Assembly (NCBI GenBank): GCA_951406725.2
Contig: OX597837.1
Span: forward strand, 22,506,001-22,570,000
Source: Octopus vulgaris
Lineage: Eukaryota
Direction: 5' to 3'
Length of the DNA: 64,000 bases
The position numbers were made by a program, and so were the translations under genes. The notes under the pieces were generated by a model. That model ran no database searches and had not been told where the DNA came from. It was given only the letters and a program-made list of their open reading frames with translations. How positions within the stretch are numbered: position 1 is the first letter of the stretch; each line of letters opens with the position of its first letter. Positions 41,612 to 55,643 of the stretch are shown here, one piece after another.

Positions 41612-42725
41612 TAGGGGTTCTCAATCATTTTTTTAATCAATGGACCCCTTTGATTACTATTTTATTCTGGTGGACCCCTATAGCCATTTGGTGTTTAAAA
41701 ATTAATTATATAAAAACTTCTTTCAAAATTCTTATTCAGTTTTTCACACATTAACTTGTGTAGGTTGAACTATGTAAAATGTTAAAGAAAGAAACCTAAC
41801 CATTTCTTGCAATACATACTAACACATACATCTGAAGTAAAGTATTTTCAGGGGCCCTTAAAATACTATTGTAGATTCTCAATTTACTATTTTGTTGTGT
41901 GGATCCCCCAAAATCTTGTAGCTCAATGGTTCTCAACTGGGTTCCAAATGACTTCTGAAGGTCCATATAAGATATTTTGGGGATCCTCACAACAAAATAG
42001 TAAATTGAGAATCCACAATAGTATTTTAAGGGCCCCTGAAAATATTTTACTTCAGATGTATGTGTTGGTATATATTACAAGAAACGGTTAGGTTTCTTTC
42101 TTTAACATTTTACATAGTTCGACCTACACAAGTTAATGTGTGAAAAACTGAATAAAAATTTTGAAAGAAGTTTTTATATAATTAGTTTTTAAACATCAAA
42201 TGGCTATAGAGGTCCACCGTGGAGGCGCAATGGCCCAGTGGTTAGGGCAGCGGACTCGCGGTCATAAGATCGCGGTTTCAATTCCCAGACCGGGCGTTGT
42301 GAGTGTTTATTGAGCGAAAACACCTAAAAGGTCCACGAGGCTCCGGCAGGGGATGGTGGTGATCCCTGCTGTACTCTTTCACCACAACTTTCTCTCACTC
42401 TTACTTCCTGTTTCTGTTGTACCTGTATTTCAAGGGGCCAGCCTTGTCACTCTCTGTGTCACGCTGAATATCCCCGAGAACTACGTTAAGGGTACACGTG
42501 TCTGTGGAGTGCTCAGCCACTTACACGTTAATTTCACGAGCAGGCTGTTCCATTGATTCGGATCAACCGGAACCCTCATCGTCGTAACCGACGGAGTGCT
42601 TCCCCCCCCCTAGGGGTCCGCCAGAATAAAATAGTAATTAAAGGGGTCCATAGATAAAAAAAAATGGTTGAGAACCCCTAGTGTACTATCAACCATGGAC
42701 CTTCAGAAGTCATTTGGAACCATTG
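41612..42725. mobile_element. hAT-type MITE containing an inverted copy of itself; a related end lies at about 59690-59750
   Basis: Ends taggggttctcaa and caatggttctcaa / ttgagaacccct resemble CAGTGGTTCTCAA hAT termini; possible degenerate 8-bp TSD tagtacac/agctacat. Confidence 0.7.
42219..42610 (+). mobile_element. SINE, head A plus tail T1, with a 12-bp TSD
   Basis: tagaggtccacc (42207-42218) and taggggtccgcc (42611-42622) flank the copy. Confidence 0.9.
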
Positions 42726-42849
42726 AGCTACATGATGCAAAGATGTCTTCATGACAATGATAGAGAAAGTGTGATCATCGGTCAGTTGTAAGACATGTCA
42801 TTCTACAGATGGTAGTGTTGTTGGTGATAATGATGGTGACAGCGATTAC

Positions 42850-42922
42850 GAAAGAGAGAGAGAGGGAGGGAGAGAGAGAGGGAGAGGGAGAGAGAGAGGG
42901 AGAGAGAGAGAGAAAGAGAGCG

Positions 42923-42984
<62 letters not shown>

Positions 42985-43024
42985 AAAGAGACAGAAAGAG
43001 AGAGAAACAGAAAGAGAGAGAAAA

Positions 43025-43085
<61 letters not shown>
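42850..43085. repeat. (AG)n purine tract
   Basis: Direct reading. Confidence 0.95.
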
Positions 43086-43088
<3 letters not shown>

Positions 43089-43664
43089 GGGGCAGTGAGC
43101 AACTGAGAGGAACAGAAGAGAGAAAAAGAGAAAGCAAAGGAGATGTAGTTGTGATGTAAGCATAGAATACTGTATTTCATATCTATTTTCCTCTTCCTCC
43201 TCCTTCTCCCCCTCTTTTCCTCTCCTACCAACTCTTGCTTTTCTTTGACTTCCTTGTTATTTTGCTTTCTCTGCCTCTATCTACTTTCTCTTCTCTCTCC
43301 CCTTCCTTCTTCTGACACCCACCCCGACTTCTCCTCCTCCTCCTCCTTCATTCTAACATCTTTTGTCTGCACTCCCACTCCCACCACCTTCTATTACCTT
43401 TACCTCTTTGTCTCCTTCCCACTTTCTCTCAATTTAATTATTTTCTTTGAATAGTTTCTGCACAATTTTTGTATTGTTGCTGTTGTTAAACTCTACACTG
43501 TCCTTTTATTCATTACCCTTGTGGCAAATACAGAAAGTCTTATCATTACTGTTCTCTCTACATCATTTTCATCAGTACATTTTCTAAACCCCCCACCACC
43601 ACCACCACCACCGGCGCCACCACCGCAACCACCACCACCACCACCACCTTTCCTGCTCCACACA

Positions 43665-43701
<37 letters not shown>

Positions 43702-43873
43702 TCTCTCAGCATTCTTTATTCATTTATTTATTTTCACTTAAACAAAGTCATTTTTGATAAATTGAACGGAAATAGAAGTTTAAGGTTACGATAGCTAGGA
43801 TTGAAACTACTATTCTTAGCTTTGTAAGAATTTCAAAGAGCGGAAGTAGAATACATATACATACATACATACA

Positions 43874-43927
<54 letters not shown>

Positions 43928-44006
43928 TATATATATATATATACACACATACATATATGTATATATGAGTGTTATATATATATATATACACATACATATA
44001 TATATA

Positions 44007-44037
<31 letters not shown>

Positions 44038-44078
44038 GCATGTATGTGTATGATATGCACAAGCACATACACACACAG

Positions 44079-44117
<39 letters not shown>

Positions 44118-44389
44118 CATGCATAAATGAACATACATACATCTGCACTAGATATATACATATACTTTTCAAGAATGCAAGGGAAAAAAAATAAATAAAT
44201 AAATTCTTTTTTTAAATATCTTGTTTCAAACATCACAAAAATTTACCTTGAAATTATAGTAATTTTTTTTTTCAATCTGCTCTAGATTTCTGGGGGGAAA
44301 AAGTGTAACATTATACCTATTCAATGGTATTCTTTTCTTTTAGACTTGTGAGTTCTCTATAAACTGATGTATATATACACACACACACA

Positions 44390-44432
<43 letters not shown>

Positions 44433-44505
44433 AATATAAATACATACATGCACACACACACACACATATATATATATACATACATACATACATAAATACA
44501 CATAG

Positions 44506-45768
44506 ATGAATGGGTAACCCAAAATAACCAAAAACGTTCTCTGTGGGACAAACCTGTTGTAGTTCAGGCTTCTACCACTAGAAGCCACTTGATGTGATCC
44601 CCAGGCATCAGTCTGCTGACCAGCAGCCCTGGATGAGGTTGTAGTGCCAGGTGATGCATCTTTGTTTTGCTGTGCTTCTCCCCTGTTTTTTGATTTTTGT
44701 GATGGCTGAAACAAAGGAACAGCATGCTTCCATGAAATTCTGTTTTCTGCTGGGGAAAATGGCAGCCAAAAACAGTTGTCATGCTTCAAACAGCTTACAG
44801 GTTCACTGCCAAGAGCAAAATACAAGTTTACGAGTGGCTTCTAGGCTTTAGGAATGGTCACTTGAAGACCAGTCTTGTTCAGGATGACAGTTGACCTCTG
44901 GAACAAATGAAAACATCATGAAAATTCATATAGGCGCAGGAGTGGCTGTGTGGTAAGTAGCTTGCTAACCAACCACATGGTTCTGGGTTCAGTCCCACTG
45001 CATGGCATCTTGGGCAAGTGTCTTCTACTAAAGCCCCGGGCCGACCAATGCCTTGTGAGTGGATTTGGTAGACGGAAACTGAAAGAAGCCTGTCGTATAT
45101 ATGTATATATATGTGTGTGTGTGTGTTTGTGTGTCTGTGTTTGTCCCCCTAGCATTGCTTGACAACCGATGCTGGTGTGTTTACGTCCCCGTCACTTAGT
45201 GGTTCGGCAAAAGAGACCGATAGAATAAGTACTGGGCTTACAAAGAATAAGTCACGGGGTCGATTTGCTCGACTAAAGGCGGTGCTCCAGCATGGCCGCA
45301 GTCAAATGACTGAAACAAGTAAAAGAGAAAAGAGTAAAAGAGTAAACTGATGTTGGAGGACTGTTACCAAACAATTGACAAATTTGTTGATACAACTAGT
45401 AATTTTCTGGAGCTCCTGCCAACGAATTTTGAGTAAGGAATGGCAAATGCAAAGAGTTTCAGCAAAATTTGCGCCTCACTTGCTCACAGTTTGAAGTTGA
45501 TCCAGACCTTTTTTTCAAAGGTCATCACTGGAGACAAAAGCTGGTACTATGGAATTTGCAGATGTGAAAGAGGTGAAGAAAGAAAACGATGGAAGTGTTA
45601 AAAGGCACCACTTTGCAACACTTCCAGCACTGCTTCAAATAGTGGAAAATGAACCTGGACCAATGCATTGCTTCACATAGAGAATACTTTGACGGGTGAT
45701 GAAAGTGTAAACATGAAAAATTAAGTGAATATTGCAAAATTCTGGTTTCTTTTGGGTATCCCCTCATA
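44506..45768 (+). mobile_element. Internally deleted mariner element interrupted by a family-C SINE
   Basis: Ends gaatgggtaacccaaaataacc / ggtttctttgggtatcccctca; remnants EQHASMKFCFLLGK, VSAKFAPHLL and VITGDKSW. Confidence 0.75.
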
Positions 45769-45781
45769 TATATATATATAT

Positions 45782-45828
<47 letters not shown>

Positions 45829-45856
45829 CTTTATTTAAAGCAGCAGAAAATTCAAC

Positions 45857-45904
45857 AAAACCTGTTACTCTGAGTTTCACGTTCCCGTTCGTCAGACAGT
45901 TTTT
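45857..45904 (-). ncRNA. Minimal type-I hammerhead ribozyme with intact core
   Basis: Minus strand: aaaactgt CTGACGA ACG GGAA CGT GAAA CT CAG AG TA acag-g-tttt; predicted cleavage between 45866 and 45865. Confidence 0.88.
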
Positions 45905-46011
45905 GCTAAAACTGTCCGACGAACGGGAACGTTTAAGTAAAGCATATTACTCTACCACTGGTATTTGAGTACTCTTTTTTTCCACCTTGTTTCACATTTA
46001 TGTGTTTACTC

Positions 46012-46049
<38 letters not shown>

Positions 46050-47113
46050 TTGTGTATGTGTGTGTGGAGGCACAATGGCCCAGTGTTTAGAGCAGCAGAC
46101 TTGCAGTTGGAGGATCATGGTTTCAATTCCCAGACCGGGCTTTGTGTGTGTTTATTGAGTGAAGACACCTAAAAGCTCCACGAAGCTCCAGCAGTGGGTG
46201 GTAGTGACCCCTGTTGTACTCTTTCGACCCAACTTTCTCTCACTCTTTCTTCTTGTTTCTTGAGTAATGCTGTGATGGACTGGCATCCCATCCAACTGGG
46301 GGAACACATACGCCACAAAACCCGGGAAACCAGGCCCATGAGCCTGGCTAGACTTGAAAAGGACGCATAAATAATATATATATATATATATACACACACA
46401 CATGTTCTTTAGCCCTATCTCCGGGGCACTACCTTGAAAAGTTTAATGGAAGAAATTGACCCCTGTACTTCTTTTTCTTTAAACCTGGTACTTATTCTAT
46501 CAGTCTCTTTTATCAGGCACTATATTCAAATTGATGTAATGATTGCATTGTTCAATTAAAAGGAGCCACTTGAAACAATCATACTGCATTACTACTTGAC
46601 ATTCTGTTACTTATTTTGATTTTATTCACCTTACTTCAAGCTGTGCGGATAATACTGCACTGATCTTGTGCTTCAACTTAAGTACCTAATTCCACTGAAT
46701 CTTAATCACTTCATAGTAGGAGTGGCTGTGTGGTAAGTAGCTTGCTTACCAACCACGTGGTTCTGGGTTCAGTCCCACTGCGTGGCACCTTGGGCAAGTG
46801 TCTTCTACTGTAGCCTTGGGCCGACCAAAGCCTTGTGAGTAGATTTGGTTGACGGAAACTGAAAAGAAGCCCGTCATATATATTTATATTTATGTATGTG
46901 TGTCTGTGTTTGTCCCCCCAACATCGCTTGACGACCGATGCTGGTGTGTTTACGTCCCCGTAACTTAGCAGTTCCGCAAAATAGACCGATAGAATAAGTA
47001 CTAGGCTTACAAACAATAAATCCTGGGGTCAATTTGCTCGACTAAAGGCGGTGCTCCAGCATGGCCACAGTCAAATGACTGAAACAAGTAAAAGAGTAAA
47101 AAGAGTAAAGAGT

Positions 47114-47170
<57 letters not shown>

Positions 47171-47239
47171 CAATGAAAAGAAGAAGACAAAGAAAATTCT
47201 TTAACACATACATTGCATGTACTATTATATACATACATG

Positions 47240-47700
47240 ATGGCCGTCTACTCTAGTTGAGGAAGGAAGAGCATTGCCAACCTTCAGGAACATTGTGTGC
47301 TCTAGGACTAACTTATCTTTTGCATTTGCGGTTCCATTGGTGTCTAATGAGCCCTGCTCTTGACAAGCATACACAACTGCAAACATTGCAGATCAAGCTT
47401 TCCCCATTCACTACACCAGCAGTGTGCTTTCGAGCAGCACGCTTAAGTTATTCCTTGAAGAATACGCGCTCTCACAAAAGTGTCGACCCTCTCCTTAACC
47501 TGCTTCCTCCATCTGTGGTGATGACAGGCATTGCTCTCCCGATCAGTCTCCTGCATATCACAGGCCTTTAATGTGGACCTGACACAGTCCTTAAATTGTG
47601 GCCTTGGTTTCTGCAGGGGTCTCTTTCCATTCTCAAGTTCCCCATATAGCATCTGCTTAGGGATCCTGCTATCCTTCATTCTAATAAAGTGTTCAGTCCA
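47240..47700 (-). mobile_element. RTE-clade LINE 3' fragment
   Basis: HFIRMKDSRIPKQMLYGEL..GKRP..KP..FKD, followed by a C2H2-like CNVC..SRAGLIRH. Confidence 0.85.
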
Positions 47701-48376
47701 ACAAATTTTACAAGTATTGTGCTTTGATGATGCTAGCGCAAGAAGAAAAAACAGAAGTGATGATAAATTGGAGCCCATAAGAGAAATGCCCAGTCTGAGA
47801 TTCGAACCCGCTATCCCTTGACCGCAAGTCCGCTGCTCTAACTGTGAATGCTTTCATTGTTGCTAAACAGCTTCACTTGCAAAGTTTCAAGGATAAAAGA
47901 AAACGGTAACTTATTCAGTTAGGAAAGGAACTTGCTGGAGTTAATGCTAAACAAGAACATGACAAACAATCTTCTAATTCTGCTAACATTTCTCAACCAA
48001 ACAAGAAAAGAAGATGATCTTCAACCTCATTTGAGATTCCTCAGCCAAAGCAAAAAGGAAGATGTTCTTTGCGTGGCCCCAAAATAGATCAGGAAAACTC
48101 ATACTACATGCAAGAATTGTAATATCCATGTTTGCCAAGAACATTCCAATGTTGTCTGCATTCACTGCCATGAAGAGCTGAAATTCTGTATTTTTGTAAT
48201 TTTTAAAATTCATGATATATTCTGTAAGCTGTATTTCTTTTTTTTTTTTTGTGAAAATTTGTGAGAAATAGTAATTCTTCATTCACCTGATAGCATATAT
48301 AATGTAGCTAAGAAATAGTGGTAGTCTGAATAAAATTTAATTAAAAGAAAAATATTGGGTCCATTGGGCCCAGTTG
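47701..48376 (+). mobile_element. Deleted piggyBac transposase remnant
   Basis: ILQVLCFDD..RR...DDKLEPIRE, VNAFIV and a Cys-rich end RCSL..RKTHTTCKNCNIHVCQEH..VCIHC. Confidence 0.8.
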
Positions 48377-48379
48377 TTC

Positions 48380-48664
48380 CTTCTTGAGCCATGCCTGGCA
48401 CATAGGGCTGGTTTCCCAGTTTCCTTGGCATATATGTTCCCTACCTGGACGGGACGCCGGTCTGTTGCAGGTGAGTTGCAAGATGCAGGAGGAAAGAAGA
48501 GAAAGTTGTGGTGAAAGAGTCAGCAGAAGTTCGCCATTGCCTTCTGCTGGAGCCGTGTGGGGCTTAGGTGGGGCTCATAAACACACACGTCTGGTTTGAG
48601 ATTCAAACCCGTTATCCCTCGACTGCGAGTCCACTGCTCTAACCACTAGGCCATGTGCCTCCAC
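48380..48664 (-). mobile_element. tRNA-derived SINE (head A variant) with a ~15-bp TSD
   Basis: Flanked by cattgggcccagttg and cattggacccagttg. Confidence 0.85.
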
Positions 48665-49514
48665 ATTGGACCCAGTTGGTAATTAGTGAATGGAAATTAT
48701 GACAACACATTCAATTTCAAAGAAAAACTTTCTTCCTGTTTCATTTCTTTGTAAATACTTTACTGTTAATAATAATTCTTTTGTTTCCCCTTAACTATAC
48801 TTAGTGTGATGACCTGACTGGTGACCATGACTACTGCTGCTTATTGTTCTTTACAGAGTAGGAAGGAGAGAGAGAAGAGAGAAAAGACAGGGAGAGAGAG
48901 AGAGGGAGAAAGAGTACCATGAAACAATAGAGAAGTTGAAAATTCTCTTTACTTTTCTCCTTTAGTGTCTTTGACTGAAACTCACTTCCTCATCATTTCT
49001 GAGGGTTGTCACCCACTGCCAGCAGAACTGTAAACAGATAAACACACACACACACACATCATCATCATCATCATCACATTACTACGTCTGTTTTCCATGC
49101 TGGCATGAGTTGGATGGCTTGACAGGAACTAGCAAAATCAGGGGCCACAGCAGGCTCCATAGTCTGTTTTGGTTTGGTTTCTATGGCTGGATGCCCTTCC
49201 TAACACCAAGTACTTTACAAAGTGCACTTGGTGCTTTTTTACATGGCACCATCACCAGTACTTTTTATGTGGCACCAATGTGAGTGCTTTGTACATGGTA
49301 CCTTGGCTTTAGGACATTAAGTCTGTTATGGTGCATGGGTCTTCATGAAGGCAGCAATGCACCATACTTTTGCATATATATCATCATCATCAATTAACGT
49401 CCTCTTTCCATGCTAGCATGGGTTGGACGATTTTGACTGAGGGTTGGCGAACCAGATGGCTGCACCAGGCTCCAATCTTGATTTGGCAGAGTTTCTACAG
49501 CTGGATGCCCTTTC

Positions 49515-49547
<33 letters not shown>

Positions 49548-49556
49548 TTATGTATG

Positions 49557-49611
<55 letters not shown>

Positions 49612-49614
49612 ATG

Positions 49615-49645
<31 letters not shown>

Positions 49646-49707
49646 ATGTATGGATGTATATATATACATATAAATATATATATGTATATGTCTGTGTGTG
49701 TATGTAT

Positions 49708-49942
49708 ACAAGGTAGGCTAAAAGTCACCTGACAGTAAACCAAAACCATTTAATTCCAAGATTTATTTATGTTCCCCCAACTGAATGAATTTCATAAAAG
49801 CATCTAAATATGAAACATCATGAAAATTGTTCAAACTGAAGTCCTTCAGTGGCATGTTTTTCTATTAGAGTCAATACAGAACTACAGATGATATTTATGG
49901 AATTTTGATTTACAGTCGGGTGACTTTTGGACAACCTGTGTA
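49708..49942. mobile_element. Tc1/mariner-type MITE
   Basis: TA|caaggtaggctaaaagtcacctgacagtaaa ... tttacagtcgggtgacttttggacaacctgtg|TA. Confidence 0.7.
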
Positions 49943-49971
49943 TATACATACATACATACATATATATATAC

Positions 49972-50195
49972 AGGACCCGGCAAAGCAGGGGCTGGACCTA
50001 CATCCGCAGGTATACCATTAGGTCTGGTTCCCTACTCGCAACACCAGAGGGTGCACACTCTCCTACCCTGATGTAATCTCCAGGGATACAGGCATCCAGC
50101 AACAGGACCTCCGTAATGCTATGATGGACCGTGAAGTCTGGCGCAACATGGTAAATTCCATTGTCTCGACCACGGTCAAACAATGATGAATGATG
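49972..50195 (+). mobile_element. RTE-like LINE 3' end
   Basis: LSYPDVISRDTG..DLRNAMMDREVWRNMV followed by a (tga)n tail. Confidence 0.7.
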
Positions 50196-50451
50196 ATATA
50201 TATACACACACACACATACGTATATATAAATATATATACTCTTTTACTTGTTTCAATCATTTTAGTCAAGCAAATCGACCCCAGGACTTATTCTTTCTAA
50301 GCCTAGTACTTATTCTATCGGTCTATTTTGCTGAACTGCTAAGTTATGGGGAAGTAAACACACCAGCATCGGTTGTCAAGCAATGCTGGGGGGGGGGGAC
50401 AAACACACACACACACACATATATACATACATACAAACATATATGCATGTG

Positions 50452-50507
<56 letters not shown>

Positions 50508-50540
50508 CATACGTATATGTATGTGTATATATATATGTAT

Positions 50541-50605
<65 letters not shown>

Positions 50606-52689
50606 ATACCATATTGTGTGTGTGAGCGAGAGAGAGAGAGAGAGAGCTTTGCAAGTATGAACTTCCAGGTTTGGCCCTATTGCATAGCCCCTTGAGCAAG
50701 TTTCTTCTTTGCCTTGTTAGCTAATTTGATAAGAGAAACTGTGTAGAAGTTTGTCATACACACGCACACACACACACACACATAAATATGTATGTATAAA
50801 CCTGCTACTTATTCAAGTAAACATTCCAACACTGGTTGTCAAGCAGTGGTGGGAGATAAACACAGACACAAAGGCACACACACACACATACACACACACG
50901 CACACGCTCATACACATATATGACGGGGCTTATTTTAGTTAGTTTACCAAATCCACTCACAATGTTGGGTCAGCCCAAGGCTATAGTAAAAAAACACTTG
51001 CCCAAGGTGCCACACAGTGGGATTGAACCTGGAACCATGTAGCTGGGAAGCAAACTTCTTACCACTTAAACATACAGAGGTACAGCCGCGCCTACACCTA
51101 TGTATGTTTAATCTTTATCAATTCACTTAAAACATACAAAACAAAAAACTATTTTTAACCCATTGTATACAAATTAACCAACTTCAAAAACAGGATCTGT
51201 CTACTCAATACAGGGTGCAGTATATTTCACAATATTGAACAGTGTTCTCGGATTTCTGGAAATTCCATATAAAAGGCTCAGTACTGCATTATCTGGTTTG
51301 TAACCATATAAAGCAAACATGTTAGGCACATACGTCACATCTATGCCTTGGGCAGGATATATTAGGATTTCATGGAAACATGAGTAATTTTTTTAAATAA
51401 AGAAAGCAATGCTCACATCAGAACACTGACCTTATCATAATGTTTAACACATATCCTGTTTCTTAACCCATATTACCACCACTACTACTACCACCACAAC
51501 CACTACTATTACTACTACAATGACAACAATGACCACCACCATAAAAATTACCACTACCACCACTACTGCTATGATGACAATGACCGCCACCACCACTGAA
51601 AAATAGAAAAACAGTTACATCATCAAGTATTTCAAAGCTACAAGATATAGCATGATTAATACAAAATATCATGAATAAATGTTACATTTGACAATGTAAT
51701 CTGAATTCTAAAGGGTCAATGTCTGTTTTTCTATGCCAGCATAAGTTGGACAGGAACTTGAGACAGGATTTTACAAAAAAATGATCTTCCTATCACCAAT
51801 CCTTATCTGTGTTTCAAGTAAGGGCTCTTTTTTTTATACTCCATAGAGTGACTAGTCATAATTTCAATGAGGAAATTAAACATCATCATCATCCTCATCA
51901 TCGTTTCACGTCCGCTTTCCAAGCTAGCATGGGTTGGCCGATTTGACTGAGGACTGGCAAACCAGATGGCCGCACCAGACTCCAATTTTGATCTGGTAGA
52001 GTTTCTAAAGCTGGATGCCCTTCCTAACGCCAACCACTCCGAGAGTGTAGTGGGTGCTTTTATGTGCCACCGGCATGAGGGCCAGTCATGCAGTACAGGC
52101 AATGGCCATGCTCAAATGGTGTTTTTTATGTGCCACCTGCACAGGAGCCAGTACAGCGACACTGGCAACGACCTATACATCATTGTATGACTAGTGACAT
52201 TGGTGATATGTCATGCTTGAGAAAACCTGTCAAGCTAAGTGAAATCATAGCTGTGGCTGTTGTCAATGTCACGTAACTGGCATTCATGCTGGTGTCATGT
52301 AAAAAGCACCTTTTAAGCATTGAGCCTCACAGTAGCAATGTGGCTAATGTCAGTGCCACGTAAAAAGCACCTTTCAAGCGTTGAGCCTCACAAAGGCAAT
52401 GACAGATGACTGAGACCATTGGCAATATGCTGTGCTTTAGAAGAAGACCCATCAAGCTAAGTGAAATCAAAGTCATGGCAGATACTGGTGTCATGCAACA
52501 GGCACCCATGCTGGTGGCACATAAAAGCACCCATTACACACTCGGAGTGGTTGGCATTAGAAAGGGCATCCAACTGTAGAAACCATGCTAAATGAGATTG
52601 GAGTATGGCGCAGGCCCTTCACTTACCAGCCCTGATTAAACCATCCAACCCATGCCAGCATGGACAAGGGATGTGAAATGATGATGATA

Positions 52690-53132
52690 AGTTAAATTAA
52701 TTTTTTGGCTCAAAAAGCAAAAAGCAAGGCCATGTAGCGGACATGGAGTTATGTACAGGTGTGTTCATGCAAAGAGTTCAGGCCATTTCTGGTCAAGAGA
52801 GACTTTGAACCGAGCAGTCATTGGCACCTTCACTATCTTGTCCGGCAGCTTATTCCACGGATCTGCAACCGGGATGGAGAAAGCCCCTCTGCTTCGATTG
52901 AGATGAAATTGTCGCAGATAGAGCTTTTCGGAGTGACCCCGCAGCCTACGCTCTGGAACAGGAGTGAAGAACAGCTCTTTCGAGAGGTTACACTTTCTGC
53001 TTATGATGTTGTGAGCAAGAATGAGATCACCACGGCGTCGTCGTTTTTCTAGAGAATAAAGGTCGAGCGTCTTCAGCCTTTCTTCATAAGACAAATGCTT
53101 GAGACCAAGAACCATGCGGGTAGCCAGCTTCT
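52690..53132 (-). mobile_element. CR1-like LINE 3' fragment; second copy at 62565-62935(+)
   Basis: LSYEERLKTLDLYSLEKRRRRGDLI..RGHSEKL..WNKLP; shared 3' UTR ending in aattaactta. Confidence 0.9.
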
Positions 53133-53159
53133 GGATGATGATGATGATGGTGATGGTGA

Positions 53160-53450
53160 TTACTTGAGGTGATAACTGAAAGAATGGGATGTCACTATGT
53201 ACTTGCAAGGAGTGACGTTTATTAATTTTCAAGAAGTACAAAACTCTTATCGCCTTCAAATCCTCTGAATTTGGTGCACTTGTAGTGCTCCAGCCACTTA
53301 CTTCATGATGTCCTCCAAAGTAAAAGTCCAGGACCTTTGTCACAACCTCCTTTGTCTTCTCAATGTCTTCAAACCGATTGATGCTGACATTCTCCTTCAG
53401 CTTGGGTAACAACCAAAAGTCAGAGGGAGCAAGGTTTGGACAGCTTTGAT
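53160..53450 (-). mobile_element. Mariner transposase C-terminal remnant
   Basis: PNLAPSDFWLLPKLKE..RFEDIE. Confidence 0.75.
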
Positions 53451-53537
53451 GCTCACCTCTTTACTTGATTTATTGTTGTTTTCTGTTTTCTCTTATCTGA
53501 TGAGTTGTATTCCTTTTTTATATACATATATACATAT

Positions 53538-53576
<39 letters not shown>

Positions 53577-53959
53577 CAAATAGAGATAGGGGTTGTGAGT
53601 GCAACCCACCATGGGATAACATATATCCAATATACTGCTAGTAAAGCACCCAACAAAGTTAATACATAAATGTTAAGAATTGTGATGCAATTGATTCATT
53701 TACTGTATTATATGGGCAAAGGTAAAATGTTTTACCACAAATTCATAATACAAAATAAGAAAATGGAGAAATACATCTTAATCAATAATCAACTACCAGA
53801 TAATACCCAATCACATAATTTATTAAAGCACTACATATGAACATTAAGGTCAAACATAATAATATAGAACAAAACAATGTACATCAATGAGTAATATGAT
53901 ACAATAAGTACAGTATGTATAAGTGAATATAAATAAATACAAATATAAATATAAACTAC

Positions 53960-54086
53960 ATCTTACAGCTGTTTCAGCCATGCAGATATGGGTGTCTCAT
54001 TATGCTCATATTAGCCATGTGTGATAGGTTAATATGTAGTTATAAATGAGACACTTACAAAAATATCACAAGGCCTCTTCGGAGAT
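53960..54086 (-). ncRNA. Type-I hammerhead motif with a U4C core change and long stem II
   Basis: Minus strand: atct CCGAAGA GGCC...GTGTCTCATT...AATGAGACAC...GGCT GAAA C AGCT G TA agat. Confidence 0.65.
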
Positions 54087-55643
54087 TATGAAATACAAAC
54101 TAAATTAAATATGAATATCAGAGGAGGTACACCCATACAAGAGTGGGTACATACCCATAATATATAATATACACATACATATGAGTGCATATACCCATAC
54201 TTCTATACATATATATATACATATACATAATAATATACAGCAATATACCACTGGGCCATTGTGTCTCCACACAAATATATATATACACATATATATACAT
54301 ACATATATACACACATACATATATATATACATACATATATATATATATATATATACACTTAATATACTGCATCATACATCTTTCCAATTACATATCTTTA
54401 AGCACCACTGATAACAATAATAATAATAAAAACTTAAAATACTGCTTCTGCTGCTGCTGTTAATTGTATTGTATTTTTCATTTTGTTGTTGTTAAATAAC
54501 CTTCCAAATATTTTCCATGGTAACATATGTGAATGAAATACTATAACTGAATGAAAACTCTATGTATATCTATCTGCAGTGTTCTCTCAAGCAGATCCCT
54601 CACTGATATAACATGCCATCTTTATTATTACACAACTGGCCGCCATACATTGTACCATGGAATCTATTGATTTTATTGATTTACATCAAAGTTACAGCTC
54701 ATTCAGTTTAGCATGTCGTACTGCCAGCCAACCAGCCAGACAGACAGCCTGCCAGACAGCCAACCAGCCAGCCAGCCAGTCAGCCAGCCAATGGGGTCAT
54801 GTAATTTTTTTGTTAGTTGTAACACCAGGTTTTTTTTCTGCATCTTTTGCATAACACTAGCAAGGAAGTATATAATGCTTCTAAAATGACTTCAAAACAT
54901 ACATCTGGTTAGGAAAACTGGTAGTCCTAGAAAGGAAACAACAGCAGATTATGGTTTTTGATGTTATTGGAATTCTTCCATTCAACTTTTTGCATAAAGT
55001 TTACTACTGAATGTAACATAAATATACTGATTAGTTGCTTGAGTGTGAGAAATGGTTTGAATATTAAATCTCTGGAAAGGACGATTTGAATATCCCTGGG
55101 AAGGTAAAATGAGAATTCCCAAAATATAAAAATTCTTGACATTTTCTTTCTCTTCTTTCCTGAAATTTTTTAAAACATTTAAAAAAAAATTCTTTATGTG
55201 AAATACTTTTGAAAAATAACTGAAAATACAAATAAGAAATAATAACTTATGACAAAATATTCTTTAAAATATCGATTTTTAATATCACACACATATACAT
55301 ATAAATATTTTAAAAAAACAAAAAAAACAAATGATGTCTTTAAAAATTCTTTCAAATTCAAAAGCTGAACATTGAAATAAATTTCAATATAATTCTTCAG
55401 GGCTTATTGCAAGATTTTTCAATTATCTATATTGATCTTGAAGATTGTCAAGAAAAGTCAATCACTGTTTTGTATACAGGTGTATGTGTTAAAAGTATGA
55501 TATGGGCTTATGAGAATTTGGTATATGCCAGTAGGTTTATGTGTATATATTGTATATATGAGCATCTGACAGGCTTTTTGCCACACGTATATATGAATGT
55601 ATATATATACATCTGTGAATGTCTATGTATCAGATATGTATGT

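Noticed and set aside
42219-42295. tRNA gene-like sequences here and at 1, 103, 28781, 38311 and 46063
   Set aside because: No closing acceptor stem or terminator; each continues into a SINE body.
51195-51385. About 60-codon open frame on the minus strand in unique sequence
   Set aside because: No recognisable motif or convincing splice sites; the length is within chance expectation.
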